IMG/VR virus record: IMGVR_UViG_3300038321_000157
Coordinates: 7,929-71,928 of that record
Origin: a virus
Length of the DNA: 64,000 nt
Direction: 5' to 3' (one strand)
Part shown: positions 18,585 through 28,747 of the stretch, piece by piece
How positions within the stretch are numbered: the stretch's first letter is position 1
Layout: the number at the start of each line of letters is the position of its first letter
Position numbers and translations under genes: made by a program
Notes under the pieces: model-generated
What the model was told of the DNA's origin: nothing
The model's database searches: none
Seen by the model: only the letters and a program-made list of their open reading frames with translations

Positions 18585-19379
18585 ATAGCAAAAATTGAAT
18601 TAGATAAGTATTATACTCCACCTGATTTAGCAAAATATATAGTGGATAAAACAAAAGAAATTATAGGTGAAGATAATATCACAGAATACATAGAACCGTC
18701 AGCAGGAGCAGGGGTATTTTTAGATTATTTAGATAAACCATATCTAGCTTATGATATTGAACCAGAAGATAATAGAATTAAGAAACAAAATTTTTTAGAA
18801 TTGAATTTAGAGTATAAGAAAGGAAGGTGTGTGATTGGTAATCCACCCTATGGAGAATTTAATCTCTTATCTGAAAAATTTTATAAAAAATCAATTCAAA
18901 TTTGTGATTATATATCTTTCATTCAACCTATTAGCCAATATAAAAATAATATAAAATTATATGAATTTGACCTAATATATAGTGAAGATTTGGGTAAACG
19001 AGTATATACAGATAGAGAAATTCATTGTTGTTTAAATATTTACCGAAGACCTATAAATGGAAAAATCAATAAAAAACAAAATTATAAATTAAAGGATGTA
19101 TCAATTACAAGATTAGATAGGGGGAGTAAAACAGTTATCAATGAATATGATATTAATATTTGTTCTTATGGTGCATCAATAGGTAAAATACCTGAATACA
19201 TAGGGCAATATAGTCAAGAACTTTATATAAAAATACATAATAATAAATATAAAGAACAAATCAAATTTTTAATTATTAATACTAATTGGAAAGAAATAAT
19301 TGAAATGACTGCAACACCAAAACTTCAAATATGGAGAGTTTATAAATACATAAAAGAAAAAATACCTGAAATAAGTTAA
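18585..19379 (+). CDS. Orphan amino-DNA methyltransferase (gamma order), probable ATA start
   Basis: ATA 8 nt after GGAGGT restores AKIELDKYYTP (motif X); IEPSAGAG (motif I); GNPPY (motif IV). Confidence 0.85.
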   Translation: MAKIELDKYYTPPDLAKYIVDKTKEIIGEDNITEYIEPSAGAGVFLDYLDKPYLAYDIEPEDNRIKKQNFLELNLEYKKGRCVIGNPPYGEFNLLSEKFYKKSIQICDYISFIQPISQYKNNIKLYEFDLIYSEDLGKRVYTDREIHCCLNIYRRPINGKINKKQNYKLKDVSITRLDRGSKTVINEYDINICSYGASIGKIPEYIGQYSQELYIKIHNNKYKEQIKFLIINTNWKEIIEMTATPKLQIWRVYKYIKEKIPEIS

Positions 19380-19476
19380 AAATCAAAAATTATAAACACC
19401 GTTAAAATGGGATTCTTAATCAGTAAAAACATAACCAAATTTGAGATTTATCACATTATTTAAGAAGGGAATAATT

Positions 19477-19824
19477 ATGGATACAATTGAAGAATACATA
19501 TTAAATTGCTTTGAGGAAAACAAAGAAAATAATTTTCACTATTCAAAAATAGGCGTATTCACTAATGACCGAAATAAAGTAGAAAAGTTATTTACCAATA
19601 TCTATCACGATAAAAGACAGGAGATAGATTATTATAGAAACTCAAGAGAAATACAAGAAATAAGATTATTAGATGGCACACAATATTTATGGATTAGACC
19701 AAATGACAAATCAAGAGGACATAAATGCGGAAAAGCGTATATAGATAAAAATTTAACATTAAATGAATTAGATTATGTAATACCTAGTTGTTATTGTTCA
19801 AGAGAAAATGTAATTGTGTTTTAA
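19477..19824 (+). CDS. Hypothetical protein
   Basis: ATG after AAGGGA; track start 19441. Confidence 0.6.
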   Translation: MDTIEEYILNCFEENKENNFHYSKIGVFTNDRNKVEKLFTNIYHDKRQEIDYYRNSREIQEIRLLDGTQYLWIRPNDKSRGHKCGKAYIDKNLTLNELDYVIPSCYCSRENVIVF

Positions 19825-19865
19825 ATCAACACAAAAACTATGTTTCATAATGATTGGAGGTAAAT

Positions 19866-20024
19866 ATGGCTAAATGGTGTAATACATACGGCAGTTGGTG
19901 TGCTGACGTAGAAGAAATCACAGATGGGCAATACTCTTGTAGTCTTAATTGTAATGATTGTGAAGACATGGAAATAATTGAATATACAAAAGGGTGTTAC
20001 GAGGCATTTAAAGAGGAGTGTTGA
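19866..20024 (+). CDS. 52-aa Cys-rich acidic protein (not in ORF track)
   Basis: GGAGGT RBS; MAKWCNTYGSWCADVEEITDGQYSCSLNCNDCED... Confidence 0.6.
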   Translation: MAKWCNTYGSWCADVEEITDGQYSCSLNCNDCEDMEIIEYTKGCYEAFKEEC

Positions 20025-20143
20025 TAAATTCTCTATTTGGTGCAGAAATGAAGTCCGAAATTTGGGCGTTTGTGAGGCATGATTTTCTGAAAAAAATCTA
20101 TTAAAAGCATAAAATAAAAATAAGGAGGATAATAATACATAAA

Positions 20144-20875
20144 TTGATTGAATTGAATACTATTTATAATGAAGATTGTATTAAAGAAAATGGTATGTGT
20201 TTAATACCAGATAAAAGTATTGATATGATCTTATGTGATTTGCCGTATGGGGTTACGGCAAGAAATAAATGGGATGAGATAATTCCATTTGAACCATTAT
20301 GGGAGCAGTATGAAAGAATTATAAAAGATAATGGGATGATGTGTTTTACTGCTACACAACCATTTGCAACTAAATTAATTAATAGTAATAATAAATTATT
20401 TAAATATGATTTAATATGGGATAAAAAATTATCAACAGGTTTTTTAAATGCCAAAAGACAACCTTTAAGAAGACATGAATTAATATTATGTTTTTATAAA
20501 AAAATGCCTACATATAATCCAATTATGAGAAAAGGAAAACAGAGAAGTAAAGGTGGAAAACTTTATTCTTTAAGTGATTGTTATGGCACTATAAATCAAC
20601 CTAAAGAAAAAGAAATATATGATGAATACTATCCAACAAGCATTATTGAAATCGGTAACGCAAATCAGAAAGAAAATGTTCATCCTACTCAAAAACCAGT
20701 AGAATTAATAGAATGGTTAATAAATACATATACAAACGAAAATGAACTCATATTAGATTTTACTTGTGGATCGGGTAGTACATTACTGGCATCAAGAAAC
20801 TTAAAAAGAAAATGTATAGGAATAGAATTAGACGAAAAGTATTGTGAAATTGCTAAAAATAGATTAATAGCATAA
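20144..20875 (+). CDS. Orphan N6-adenine/N4-cytosine DNA methyltransferase (beta order)
   Basis: DMILCDLPY; HPTQKP; LDFTCGSGST. Confidence 0.9.
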   Translation: MIELNTIYNEDCIKENGMCLIPDKSIDMILCDLPYGVTARNKWDEIIPFEPLWEQYERIIKDNGMMCFTATQPFATKLINSNNKLFKYDLIWDKKLSTGFLNAKRQPLRRHELILCFYKKMPTYNPIMRKGKQRSKGGKLYSLSDCYGTINQPKEKEIYDEYYPTSIIEIGNANQKENVHPTQKPVELIEWLINTYTNENELILDFTCGSGSTLLASRNLKRKCIGIELDEKYCEIAKNRLIA

Positions 20876-20967
20876 TTTATAAACGCCTATATAATTGGAT
20901 TTATAATTCACAAAATCATGATGAAATTTTTGTTTGATTAAAAGTTATAGAAAGGAGAGTCAAAAAC

Positions 20968-21651
20968 ATAGAAATTAATAAAATATACAATGAAGATTGC
21001 AATGAATTTATGAAACAATTGCCTAATGAATATATTGATTTAATAATCGCTGACCCACCATATAAAATAGAAGCTGGTGGAGGAGCAGGGAAAATGAGAA
21101 GTGGGATATTTTATAGAAATAAAGAAGAAAGAAAATTATTTGATTATCTTCAAGCTGATCAATATATGAGTGAATTTAAAAGAATATTAAAACCGTCTGC
21201 TCATTTATATGTTTATAGTAATGATAAAAATTTATTAGATATTTTGTATAATGCAGATAAATGTGGTTTAAAGTTGATGAATGTAATAGTTCTGAATAAA
21301 GGTAATAAAGTAATATTCGGTTGGTATATGAAACAAATAGAATTTGTATTATTATTTAGAAATTCTATTGGTAAGGCAAAACAAGTAAATAATAATTCCA
21401 TATCTAATTTAATAGATGTAAAATTCCCTAAAGGTAAAAAAAGGAAACATCCATCTGAAAAAAGTGTAGAAATTGCTGATATCCTAATAACTCAATCTTC
21501 AAATGAAAATGATTTAGTTTATATTCCTTTTGCTGGTTCAGGTAGTGAAATTGAAAGTTGTATTAAAAATAATCGTAATTGGCTGGCAACCGAAACTAAA
21601 TCAAAATACATAGATGAAATTATAACACCTAGAATCAAAAATATAATATAA
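20968..21651 (+). CDS. Orphan N6-adenine/N4-cytosine DNA methyltransferase (beta order), probable ATA start
   Basis: ATA after AAGGAG restores EINKIYNEDC; ADPPY; HPSEK; PFAGSGS. Confidence 0.85.
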   Translation: MEINKIYNEDCNEFMKQLPNEYIDLIIADPPYKIEAGGGAGKMRSGIFYRNKEERKLFDYLQADQYMSEFKRILKPSAHLYVYSNDKNLLDILYNADKCGLKLMNVIVLNKGNKVIFGWYMKQIEFVLLFRNSIGKAKQVNNNSISNLIDVKFPKGKKRKHPSEKSVEIADILITQSSNENDLVYIPFAGSGSEIESCIKNNRNWLATETKSKYIDEIITPRIKNII

Positions 21652-21869
21652 ACAAATAGGAACAAAATCATTATAAAAGTCTGATTTCATCACAATATTG
21701 TAAAAATCAGTATTTTACGGGTTTCCAACGAATGCACACAAATAAAACCCAATATATAGGGATTAAATAGGTATATCGGTTGGTTTTAACCCGTAAAAGT
21801 ATAAAAATATTTGAATCAAATGCGTCTTTGGTAATGTTATTAAAATAAAAATATAAAGAAGGTGATAAT

Positions 21870-22421
21870 ATAGCAAAGGGATATTTTAAAGGATTTAATA
21901 ATTATGAAATACGTGGTGAAGATATTGTATTATTTATTGAGCATAAGAATAAAATTCTTGAATGTTTTGTAGATTTAGAAAAATTAGATAAACTTATTAA
22001 AGCAGGATATAGATGGAATGCTCAATGGGATAAGGGATCACAAATATATTATGTTCGTACAATGGTGTATCCATCTGGAGAACATCCAAAAACAATCTCT
22101 ATACATAGATTTTTAACAGATGCTACTGAGAAACATATACGAGTAGACCATAAAGATCACAATGGATTAAATAATAGAGAATCTAATTTAAGAGTAACAT
22201 TACATCCTAATAATAATCAGAATCGTAAAAGCAAAAATTCTAATAATAAAAGTGGTTATAGAAATGTATTTTGGAATTCTCAAAGAGAAAAATGGCAAGT
22301 GTCATTGTGTCGAAATAATAAACGAATAATAATAGGTTATTTTGATGATGTTAATGAAGCTGGAAGGATTGCAGAAGAAGCAAGACAAAAATATTATGGC
22401 AAGTTTGCTGGTTTATCATAG
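21870..22421 (+). CDS. HNH-AP2 endonuclease, probable ATA start
   Basis: ATA after AAGGTGA gives AKGYFKGFNNYEI...; IHRFL..VDHKDHNGLNNRESNLR; SGYRNVFW. Confidence 0.8.
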   Translation: MAKGYFKGFNNYEIRGEDIVLFIEHKNKILECFVDLEKLDKLIKAGYRWNAQWDKGSQIYYVRTMVYPSGEHPKTISIHRFLTDATEKHIRVDHKDHNGLNNRESNLRVTLHPNNNQNRKSKNSNNKSGYRNVFWNSQREKWQVSLCRNNKRIIIGYFDDVNEAGRIAEEARQKYYGKFAGLS

Positions 22422-22459
22422 TTAAAACCAACCTAGTTTTTGGTCATGAAATTAAATGC

Positions 22460-22488
22460 TTGACAAATTTTTATTAAAAGTATAAAAT
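22460..22488 (+). promoter_or_regulatory. Sigma-A-type promoter for ligA
   Basis: TTGACA-17 nt-TAAAAT. Confidence 0.65.
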
Positions 22489-22514
22489 AAATATACAAAC
22501 GAAAGGAGGAAGTT

Positions 22515-24395
22515 ATGGATAAAATTCAAAACCTTAAACAACAATTAGATTATCATGATGATTTGTACTATAACAAAGATAATCCTGAATTATCTGATGC
22601 AGAATATGATGCTTTAAAATCACAATATTTATCTTTAACTAACCAACAAGAATACAATTATGTACCTGGAGAAGCACAATTTAAAAAATATACACATCAA
22701 TTTCCTGTTAAATCATTAGGTAAAATTAATACTATTGAACAAGCAAAAACGGAAATTAAAAGACTTTTTCCAGTAGTTATTGAACCAAAATATGATGGGT
22801 TGACTTTAGTTTTGTATCCTGATGGGAAAATAGTTACAAGAGGTAATGGGTTAATAGGGGAAGATGTTACTTATTGTGCAAGCAAATTCGTAAATAAAAA
22901 TCATCCCTTTAAATATTTACCATTTGATTTACCTATTCGTGGTGAAGCAATAATGCCTATTTCTTTATTTAAAGAAATAAATGCAAAAAGAGAATTAGAA
23001 GGTAAAGAATTATTTAAAAATCCTAGAAATGCAATAGCAGGTATTTTAAGGAATAAAGATAATTCTAATGTACCAGAGGGTTTAAGATTTATTGCTTATG
23101 AAATTGTAGGATCAGCAAATTCTCATATTCGGCAATTATTAGAACTTAGAGAATACTTTGAGATTCCTGAAGCAGATACCATATGGAATTATAGTGAAAT
23201 AGATGATGCAATTAGTTTTATTGAAAATTTTGATCGTTTAAAATTAGATTATGAGATTGATGGTCTTGTTATTAAATCTAATAAAGCGAATGCTTTAGAT
23301 GTGTTTGGTGAAGTTGAACATCACCCGAATTCTGCTGTGGCTTTCAAATTTCCAAATCAAGGTGAGTGGAGTGTTTTAAACTCTATAACTTGGCAAACAG
23401 GCAGAACGGGTAGGGTGACTCCTGTAGCTGAATTGAAGCCTGTAGATATCTTAGGAAGCACTATAGAACGTGCTACGTTGCATAATATAGGGTATATTAA
23501 TGCATTAGGGTTACAAATAGGTGATGAAATATTAGTAGTTAAAAGTAATGATGTAATTCCTGCTGTTATTCAATGTAAAGAAACTGAAAGTAGTGAACCT
23601 ATAGAGATTATAGATGAATGTCCTTCATGTGGAAGTAAATTAAAGACTATAAATGATCAATTATTTTGTACTAACGATAATTGTCAAGCAAAATTACTTT
23701 ACAAAACATCACATATGGTTAGTCGGGATGCCTTAAATATTGATGGATTAAGTGAACAAACCGTATTAAAAATGATTGAAGCAGGATATATCCAAGAACC
23801 TTGGGATATATTTGATATTACTGAAGAACAAATTTTAAGACTAGATGGTTTTGCTAAAAAGTCTGCTAAGAAAACATATGAAGCAATTCAAAACGCTAGA
23901 AATTGCGATTTTGATAGAGCAATTTATGCAAGTGGAATTGAATTAGTTGGCAGAAAAGTAAGTAAAGATATTGCTAAAAAATTTGGTTCTTATAATGAAT
24001 TGATTAATTGTTGTTTTTTAGAAGGTGTATTATCTAAAATAGATGGTATCGGTGATAGTATTATTCAAAGTTTTGTTAATAATATTGACCAACTTGAAAA
24101 GTTAGTTAAATATCTTAATATTCAAAAACCAGAAGAAAAGAAAGAATCAACCTTTAAACCACTAGATAACTTAACCTTTGTTGTCACTGGCAACGTAGAA
24201 ACATTTAAAAACCGTAAAGAGTTAGAAGAATTAATTACTTCTCTTAATGGTAAGTTGAGTGGATCAGTTTCAAGTAAAACTAATTACCTAATTAATAACG
24301 ATGTTACTTCAAGTTCTGGTAAAAATAAAAAGGCAAAGGAATTGAATGTGCCAATTATTAGTGAAGCACAATTTAATGAAATGATAGGCAGGTAA
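22515..24395 (+). CDS. ligA: NAD-dependent DNA ligase
   Basis: EPKYDG adenylation motif, TRGNG..GEDVT, RGE, NPRNA, Zn finger CPSC, HhH repeats, BRCT (VSSKTNYLI). Confidence 0.95.
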   Translation: MDKIQNLKQQLDYHDDLYYNKDNPELSDAEYDALKSQYLSLTNQQEYNYVPGEAQFKKYTHQFPVKSLGKINTIEQAKTEIKRLFPVVIEPKYDGLTLVLYPDGKIVTRGNGLIGEDVTYCASKFVNKNHPFKYLPFDLPIRGEAIMPISLFKEINAKRELEGKELFKNPRNAIAGILRNKDNSNVPEGLRFIAYEIVGSANSHIRQLLELREYFEIPEADTIWNYSEIDDAISFIENFDRLKLDYEIDGLVIKSNKANALDVFGEVEHHPNSAVAFKFPNQGEWSVLNSITWQTGRTGRVTPVAELKPVDILGSTIERATLHNIGYINALGLQIGDEILVVKSNDVIPAVIQCKETESSEPIEIIDECPSCGSKLKTINDQLFCTNDNCQAKLLYKTSHMVSRDALNIDGLSEQTVLKMIEAGYIQEPWDIFDITEEQILRLDGFAKKSAKKTYEAIQNARNCDFDRAIYASGIELVGRKVSKDIAKKFGSYNELINCCFLEGVLSKIDGIGDSIIQSFVNNIDQLEKLVKYLNIQKPEEKKESTFKPLDNLTFVVTGNVETFKNRKELEELITSLNGKLSGSVSSKTNYLINNDVTSSSGKNKKAKELNVPIISEAQFNEMIGR

Positions 24396-24456
24396 AAATT
24401 TTACTTGCCAAATCATTATAATAGTAATATAATAATATAAGGAGAGGAGGTATTTA

Positions 24457-25821
24457 TTGAAACCAATATATACATATGAATATATAAAAAACTATGTGGA
24501 AGTTGAAAGTGAATCTGGTTGTTTATTAATACAGTATAAAAATACAAGTGAAATTATATTAAAGTGTCAATGCGGAGAAGAATTTAAAGTTAGTTTCTAT
24601 AATTTTAAAAATAAAGGTAAACAACAATGTAATATTTGTAGGGGATATACAGATTGGGATATAGTTAAAATAGAAAAATTATTTAAACAATATGGTTATA
24701 AACTTGTAATTGTTAATGAATATAAAGATATGAGACAGAAATTTACTATAATAGATCAAGAGGGTTATCAATATTATGTAAATCTTTATCAATTTAATAA
24801 AAGTAAAAATCCAAGAAAATTTGATAAATCAAATCCATATACTACTGAGAATATAAAATTATGGTGCAAATTAAATAATAAACCGTTTGAATTAATAAGT
24901 GATAAATACAATGGTTCAGATAAAAAACTTAAATGGAAATGTTTAAAAGAAGGATGTGGAGAAATATTTGAGCAGAATTGGAATAATATAACTACTGGAT
25001 ATGGATGTAGTTATTGTTCAAATTATCAAGTAGGTATTTTAAATTGCCTAGCAACTAAAAATCCTCAATTAGCATTTGAATGGCATCCAACTTTAAACGG
25101 TGATTTAACTCCTTGGGATATTGTATTTGGTAGTCATAAAGAAGTTTGGTGGCAATGCGAAAAAGGGCATGAATGGCTTGCAACTATAAAAAATAGAAGC
25201 AAAGAAAAAGGTACAGGATGCCCTTATTGTGCAGGTTTATTACCTACAAAAGATAATAATTTATTAATTGTCAATCCTTTGCTATGTGAAGAATGGAATT
25301 ATAAAAAGAATAAGAAAAAACCTGAAGAATATCTTCCTAATAGTGGGGAATATGCTTATTGGAAATGCAAAGAATGTAATTGGGAATGGGAAGCAAGAAT
25401 ATATAGCAGAAACATTGGCAGGGGTTGCCCACAATGCAGTAAATCAATGGGTGAGAAAAAAATTAGAAAGTGGTTAGATAATAATAATATATTATATGAA
25501 ACACAAAAAGAGTTTGATAGTCTTATAGGTATTAATAAAGGTTTATTATCTTATGATTTTTATTTACTACAATATAATTTATTAATTGAATATCAAGGAG
25601 AACAACATGAAAAACCAGTAGATTTTAATGGTTTTGGTTTAAAGTATGCTAAAAAAATATTTAAACAACAATTAGAACATGACAAACGTAAACGAGAATA
25701 CGCACAAAATAATAATATAAATTTATTTGAAATATGGTATTATGATTATGATAATATTGAAAAAATATTAAATAATAAAATATTAAGAAAGGAGGACAAC
25801 TATGATCGAATTAATGTCTAA
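24457..25821 (+). CDS. Zinc-ribbon repeat protein with C-terminal PD-(D/E)xK/Vsr-like nuclease (putative homing endonuclease)
   Basis: Repeated W.C..CG..W....R...GCP.C; S.GE..I..WL; YDFYL..LLIEYQGEQH; HDKRK. Confidence 0.75.
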   Translation: MKPIYTYEYIKNYVEVESESGCLLIQYKNTSEIILKCQCGEEFKVSFYNFKNKGKQQCNICRGYTDWDIVKIEKLFKQYGYKLVIVNEYKDMRQKFTIIDQEGYQYYVNLYQFNKSKNPRKFDKSNPYTTENIKLWCKLNNKPFELISDKYNGSDKKLKWKCLKEGCGEIFEQNWNNITTGYGCSYCSNYQVGILNCLATKNPQLAFEWHPTLNGDLTPWDIVFGSHKEVWWQCEKGHEWLATIKNRSKEKGTGCPYCAGLLPTKDNNLLIVNPLLCEEWNYKKNKKKPEEYLPNSGEYAYWKCKECNWEWEARIYSRNIGRGCPQCSKSMGEKKIRKWLDNNNILYETQKEFDSLIGINKGLLSYDFYLLQYNLLIEYQGEQHEKPVDFNGFGLKYAKKIFKQQLEHDKRKREYAQNNNINLFEIWYYDYDNIEKILNNKILRKEDNYDRINV

Positions 25822-26059
25822 CCCATATAAATCAATTGTAGTAAAAACAGAAGAAGAAAATCCCGTTGTTATCTCAGAGGGTGATGATATTGAATTTACT
25901 TTAGAATCTGGTGAAGTTAAGAAGGGTACTGTAACTAAATTTAGCGGAAAAGATGATAAGTTAAAAATACAAATGTTAGCAGAAGATAAAACTTGTGAAG
26001 TTATTTATCCAACCGTTGTAATGGTTGATGGTAGTTTAAAGTTAGTAGAAGAAAACTAA
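25802..26059 (+). CDS. Hypothetical protein
   Basis: GGAGG RBS. Confidence 0.7.
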   Translation: MIELMSNPYKSIVVKTEEENPVVISEGDDIEFTLESGEVKKGTVTKFSGKDDKLKIQMLAEDKTCEVIYPTVVMVDGSLKLVEEN

Positions 26060-26111
26060 ATTAATTATAACTAAAAATATAAAATAAATAAATTGGAGGA
26101 AATTATTACAT

Positions 26112-27023
26112 ATGAGCGAAGCTAATACTATGTTACGTGAAGCAGAAAATAAGGTTTTTGTTGAGGGTATTGTATCCGAAATCAATTTAGAGGTTAAAGA
26201 CATTCAAGGTAAAGAAGCTATTACTGGTAATTTAGTAATTGAAACTGGTGAAAATTCTATTTGCACAGTAGATGTTTTTGCTAATAAGTATAAAAAAGAT
26301 AGTACTGATGAAAATTCAGTATTTAAAGGTTTATCTACTGTAATGAATGAATATAAATCAATTGCTAAAGTAGGGAAAGATGAAGCAGATAAAGTAAAGA
26401 TATCTGGTGCAAAAATTACAGTAAATGATTATTACAATGGAGCAGATGTACTAAAATCAGATATTAAAGTACAAACTAATTTTGTTAATAGGTTGAAAAC
26501 AGGAGAAGAATTTGATCCTAAAGCAGAATTTGAAATTGAAGTATTTATTCATAAGATTAATGATGAAGTAGATTCAAATGGAGATGTAACAGGTAATAAA
26601 ATTATTAGTGGCCTTGTACCCGTTTATAATGGTAAGATTGTTCCGATGGAATTTATCGTTAAAGACCCAGAAATTATTCAAGGAATTGATTCTTTATATG
26701 AACCTGGACAAACAGTTAAATTATATGGAAATGTAAATGTTTTTGTTACTACAACTAAAACTATTGTCCCTGTGGCTATAGGTAAACCAAAAGAAGTTAT
26801 TAAGACTTTAACTAATAGAGAATTAATAGTAACTGGTGGTAGTGAACCGTATTTAGAAGATAATCCAAATGTTTTTTCAGTTGAAACAGTTAAAAATGCT
26901 ATGGCTGCTAGAGAAGAAATGTTAGCAGAACTAAAAACTAAGAAAGAAAAGAAAGGTAATTCTAGTTCTGGTGGAAAAACTGCATCTTCTACCCCTAAGA
27001 GTGGTAAGCAATTACCATTTTAA
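26112..27023 (+). CDS. Putative ssDNA-binding protein (SPbeta YorF-like position)
   Basis: OB-like beta-rich body, flexible C-terminal tail ending LPF; synteny. Confidence 0.65.
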   Translation: MSEANTMLREAENKVFVEGIVSEINLEVKDIQGKEAITGNLVIETGENSICTVDVFANKYKKDSTDENSVFKGLSTVMNEYKSIAKVGKDEADKVKISGAKITVNDYYNGADVLKSDIKVQTNFVNRLKTGEEFDPKAEFEIEVFIHKINDEVDSNGDVTGNKIISGLVPVYNGKIVPMEFIVKDPEIIQGIDSLYEPGQTVKLYGNVNVFVTTTKTIVPVAIGKPKEVIKTLTNRELIVTGGSEPYLEDNPNVFSVETVKNAMAAREEMLAELKTKKEKKGNSSSGGKTASSTPKSGKQLPF

Positions 27024-27048
27024 ATAATCAATTAAATTACTAAAATAA

Positions 27049-27079
27049 ATAGGGTAGATAATATTATTATTTACCCTAT
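27049..27079 (+). terminator. Stem-loop after the SSB-like gene
   Basis: ATAGGGTA / TACCCTAT. Confidence 0.45.
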
Positions 27080-27099
27080 ATACTTTGAAAGGAGATTAT

Positions 27100-28083
27100 A
27101 TGATAGATATATTTAATCCACAAGTTTCAGTTGTTGCTAAAGGACTTGAAGGTAAAAGGATAATGGTTTATGGAGGCAATAACTTAGGGAAAACAAAACA
27201 ATCGACAAGAATGAAAAAACCTTTCTATTTACCATTTGAAAAAGGTGTAAATGCTATATCTGGTGTCCCTTTTGTTCCTATTAATAGTTGGGCAGACTTT
27301 AAAAAAGTTAATAAACAATTAACAAGCCTTGCGACAGTAGAGAAGGCAAAGGAATTATATAATACAATAATTTTTGATGAAGTTGAAGCATCAGCTAAGT
27401 ATTGCCAAAGGTACATAAATAGTCTATATGGTGTATCTCGTTTAAAAGATGGTAATGATGGTTTTGGATTATGGAAAGAATATGAAACTGAATATTGGGA
27501 AGAGATTAATAAATTAACTGGTGCAGGTTATACAATAATTTTTATAGCTCATCAAACCGAAAATAAAGATGGTTTTATTCTTCCAAAAGGTGACAAACGA
27601 GCATTAGAACCTATTATTGATAACTGTGATATTGTTGTTCATCTTGAATCAAATGGTGTGGATGAAGAAGGGAAAGTAATTAATTCATCTGGTTATTTAG
27701 CACAAACAGATAAATTCTTTGCTCGTAGTAGATTTGATTATATTGATACGCATATTGATAATTTCACAGCAGAGAATCTTGAGTCAGTAATTATTGAAGC
27801 AATTAAACGGCAGGAAGAAGCAGAAGGGATACAGGCAGTAACTTTCCAAGAGCAAAAGACTATCTTTGAATCTAAACCTATTAATTATGATGCATTAATG
27901 GAAAAGATAGGCGAAGCTGGAGAGAAATTAATAGATGCTAATAAATCAGATATTCTTGTTGAAATTATAGAAAAACATCTTGGCAAAGGTAAAAAGGTTA
28001 GTGAATGTACTAAAATGCAGATTGAAGTTATGTCTGTAATCTATGATGATTTATGCGATAAGGTAGAAGAATTAGGATTATAA
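27100..28083 (+). CDS. AAA_24/Sak4-like ATPase (YorG-like)
   Basis: YGGNNLGKT Walker A; IIFDEV; IAH. Confidence 0.75.
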   Translation: MIDIFNPQVSVVAKGLEGKRIMVYGGNNLGKTKQSTRMKKPFYLPFEKGVNAISGVPFVPINSWADFKKVNKQLTSLATVEKAKELYNTIIFDEVEASAKYCQRYINSLYGVSRLKDGNDGFGLWKEYETEYWEEINKLTGAGYTIIFIAHQTENKDGFILPKGDKRALEPIIDNCDIVVHLESNGVDEEGKVINSSGYLAQTDKFFARSRFDYIDTHIDNFTAENLESVIIEAIKRQEEAEGIQAVTFQEQKTIFESKPINYDALMEKIGEAGEKLIDANKSDILVEIIEKHLGKGKKVSECTKMQIEVMSVIYDDLCDKVEELGL

Positions 28084-28100
28084 TAGATTAAGTTATTAAA

Positions 28101-28126
28101 TAGGGCAGATATTTTCATCTGCCTTA
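28101..28126 (+). terminator. Stem-loop after the ATPase gene
   Basis: TAGGGCAGAT / ATCTGCCTTA. Confidence 0.5.
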
Positions 28127-28149
28127 TTATTTATAATGGAGTTGATCTT

Positions 28150-28740
28150 ATGGCAGGTAGACCAAGAATCTGTCCTTTATGCAAAGAACCAGTTTCTAAA
28201 GAAGAAAGTTTTGAGTATAAGAAAAAGTATTATCATGAAAAATGCTTTAATAGTTTTACTAAAGGGACTTCTAAAAAAGTAAAAGAGAAAAAACAACAAC
28301 AAATAATTGAGCAAGCGAAAAAAGAGATTATAAAAGATACTCATATTACTCTTGAGCAAAATATCTCTGATACCGATATTCTTGCAAAAGAGAAAGTAAT
28401 TACATATTTAAAAGAATTATTAAATATTAAACAATTAAATGTTAAGGTGTATAAATTACTTAAAGATTATTACACAAATTATAAATTTAGTTATGAAGGT
28501 ATGTTAATTGCTTTAAAATATTTTTATGGAACACAAGATAACCCTATAACATCTGATTGTGTTGGTATTATACCTTATATATATGAAGAAGCACAAGAAT
28601 ATGAAAGGATGAAAAAATCAATAGATAGACAAATGAGCAATATAAATGTAAATGATATTGTAATAGAAAAAACGGTAAAAATTAAAAAACCAGTATATGA
28701 TATAAAAAATAAACTAATTGATATAGATGAATTGAGGTGA
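28150..28740 (+). CDS. Replication protein with N-terminal zinc finger (YorH-like position)
   Basis: CPLC..YYHEKC; directly upstream of the helicase. Confidence 0.65.
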   Translation: MAGRPRICPLCKEPVSKEESFEYKKKYYHEKCFNSFTKGTSKKVKEKKQQQIIEQAKKEIIKDTHITLEQNISDTDILAKEKVITYLKELLNIKQLNVKVYKLLKDYYTNYKFSYEGMLIALKYFYGTQDNPITSDCVGIIPYIYEEAQEYERMKKSIDRQMSNINVNDIVIEKTVKIKKPVYDIKNKLIDIDELR

Positions 28741-28747
28741 TAAACAT

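Noticed and set aside
18585-22421. Type II restriction-modification system
   Set aside because: The nearby nuclease is HNH-AP2 homing type; no cognate restriction enzyme candidate.
10774-22444. Dispersed palindromes as a CRISPR array
   Set aside because: The units are separated by whole genes, spacing is irregular, and there are no cas genes.
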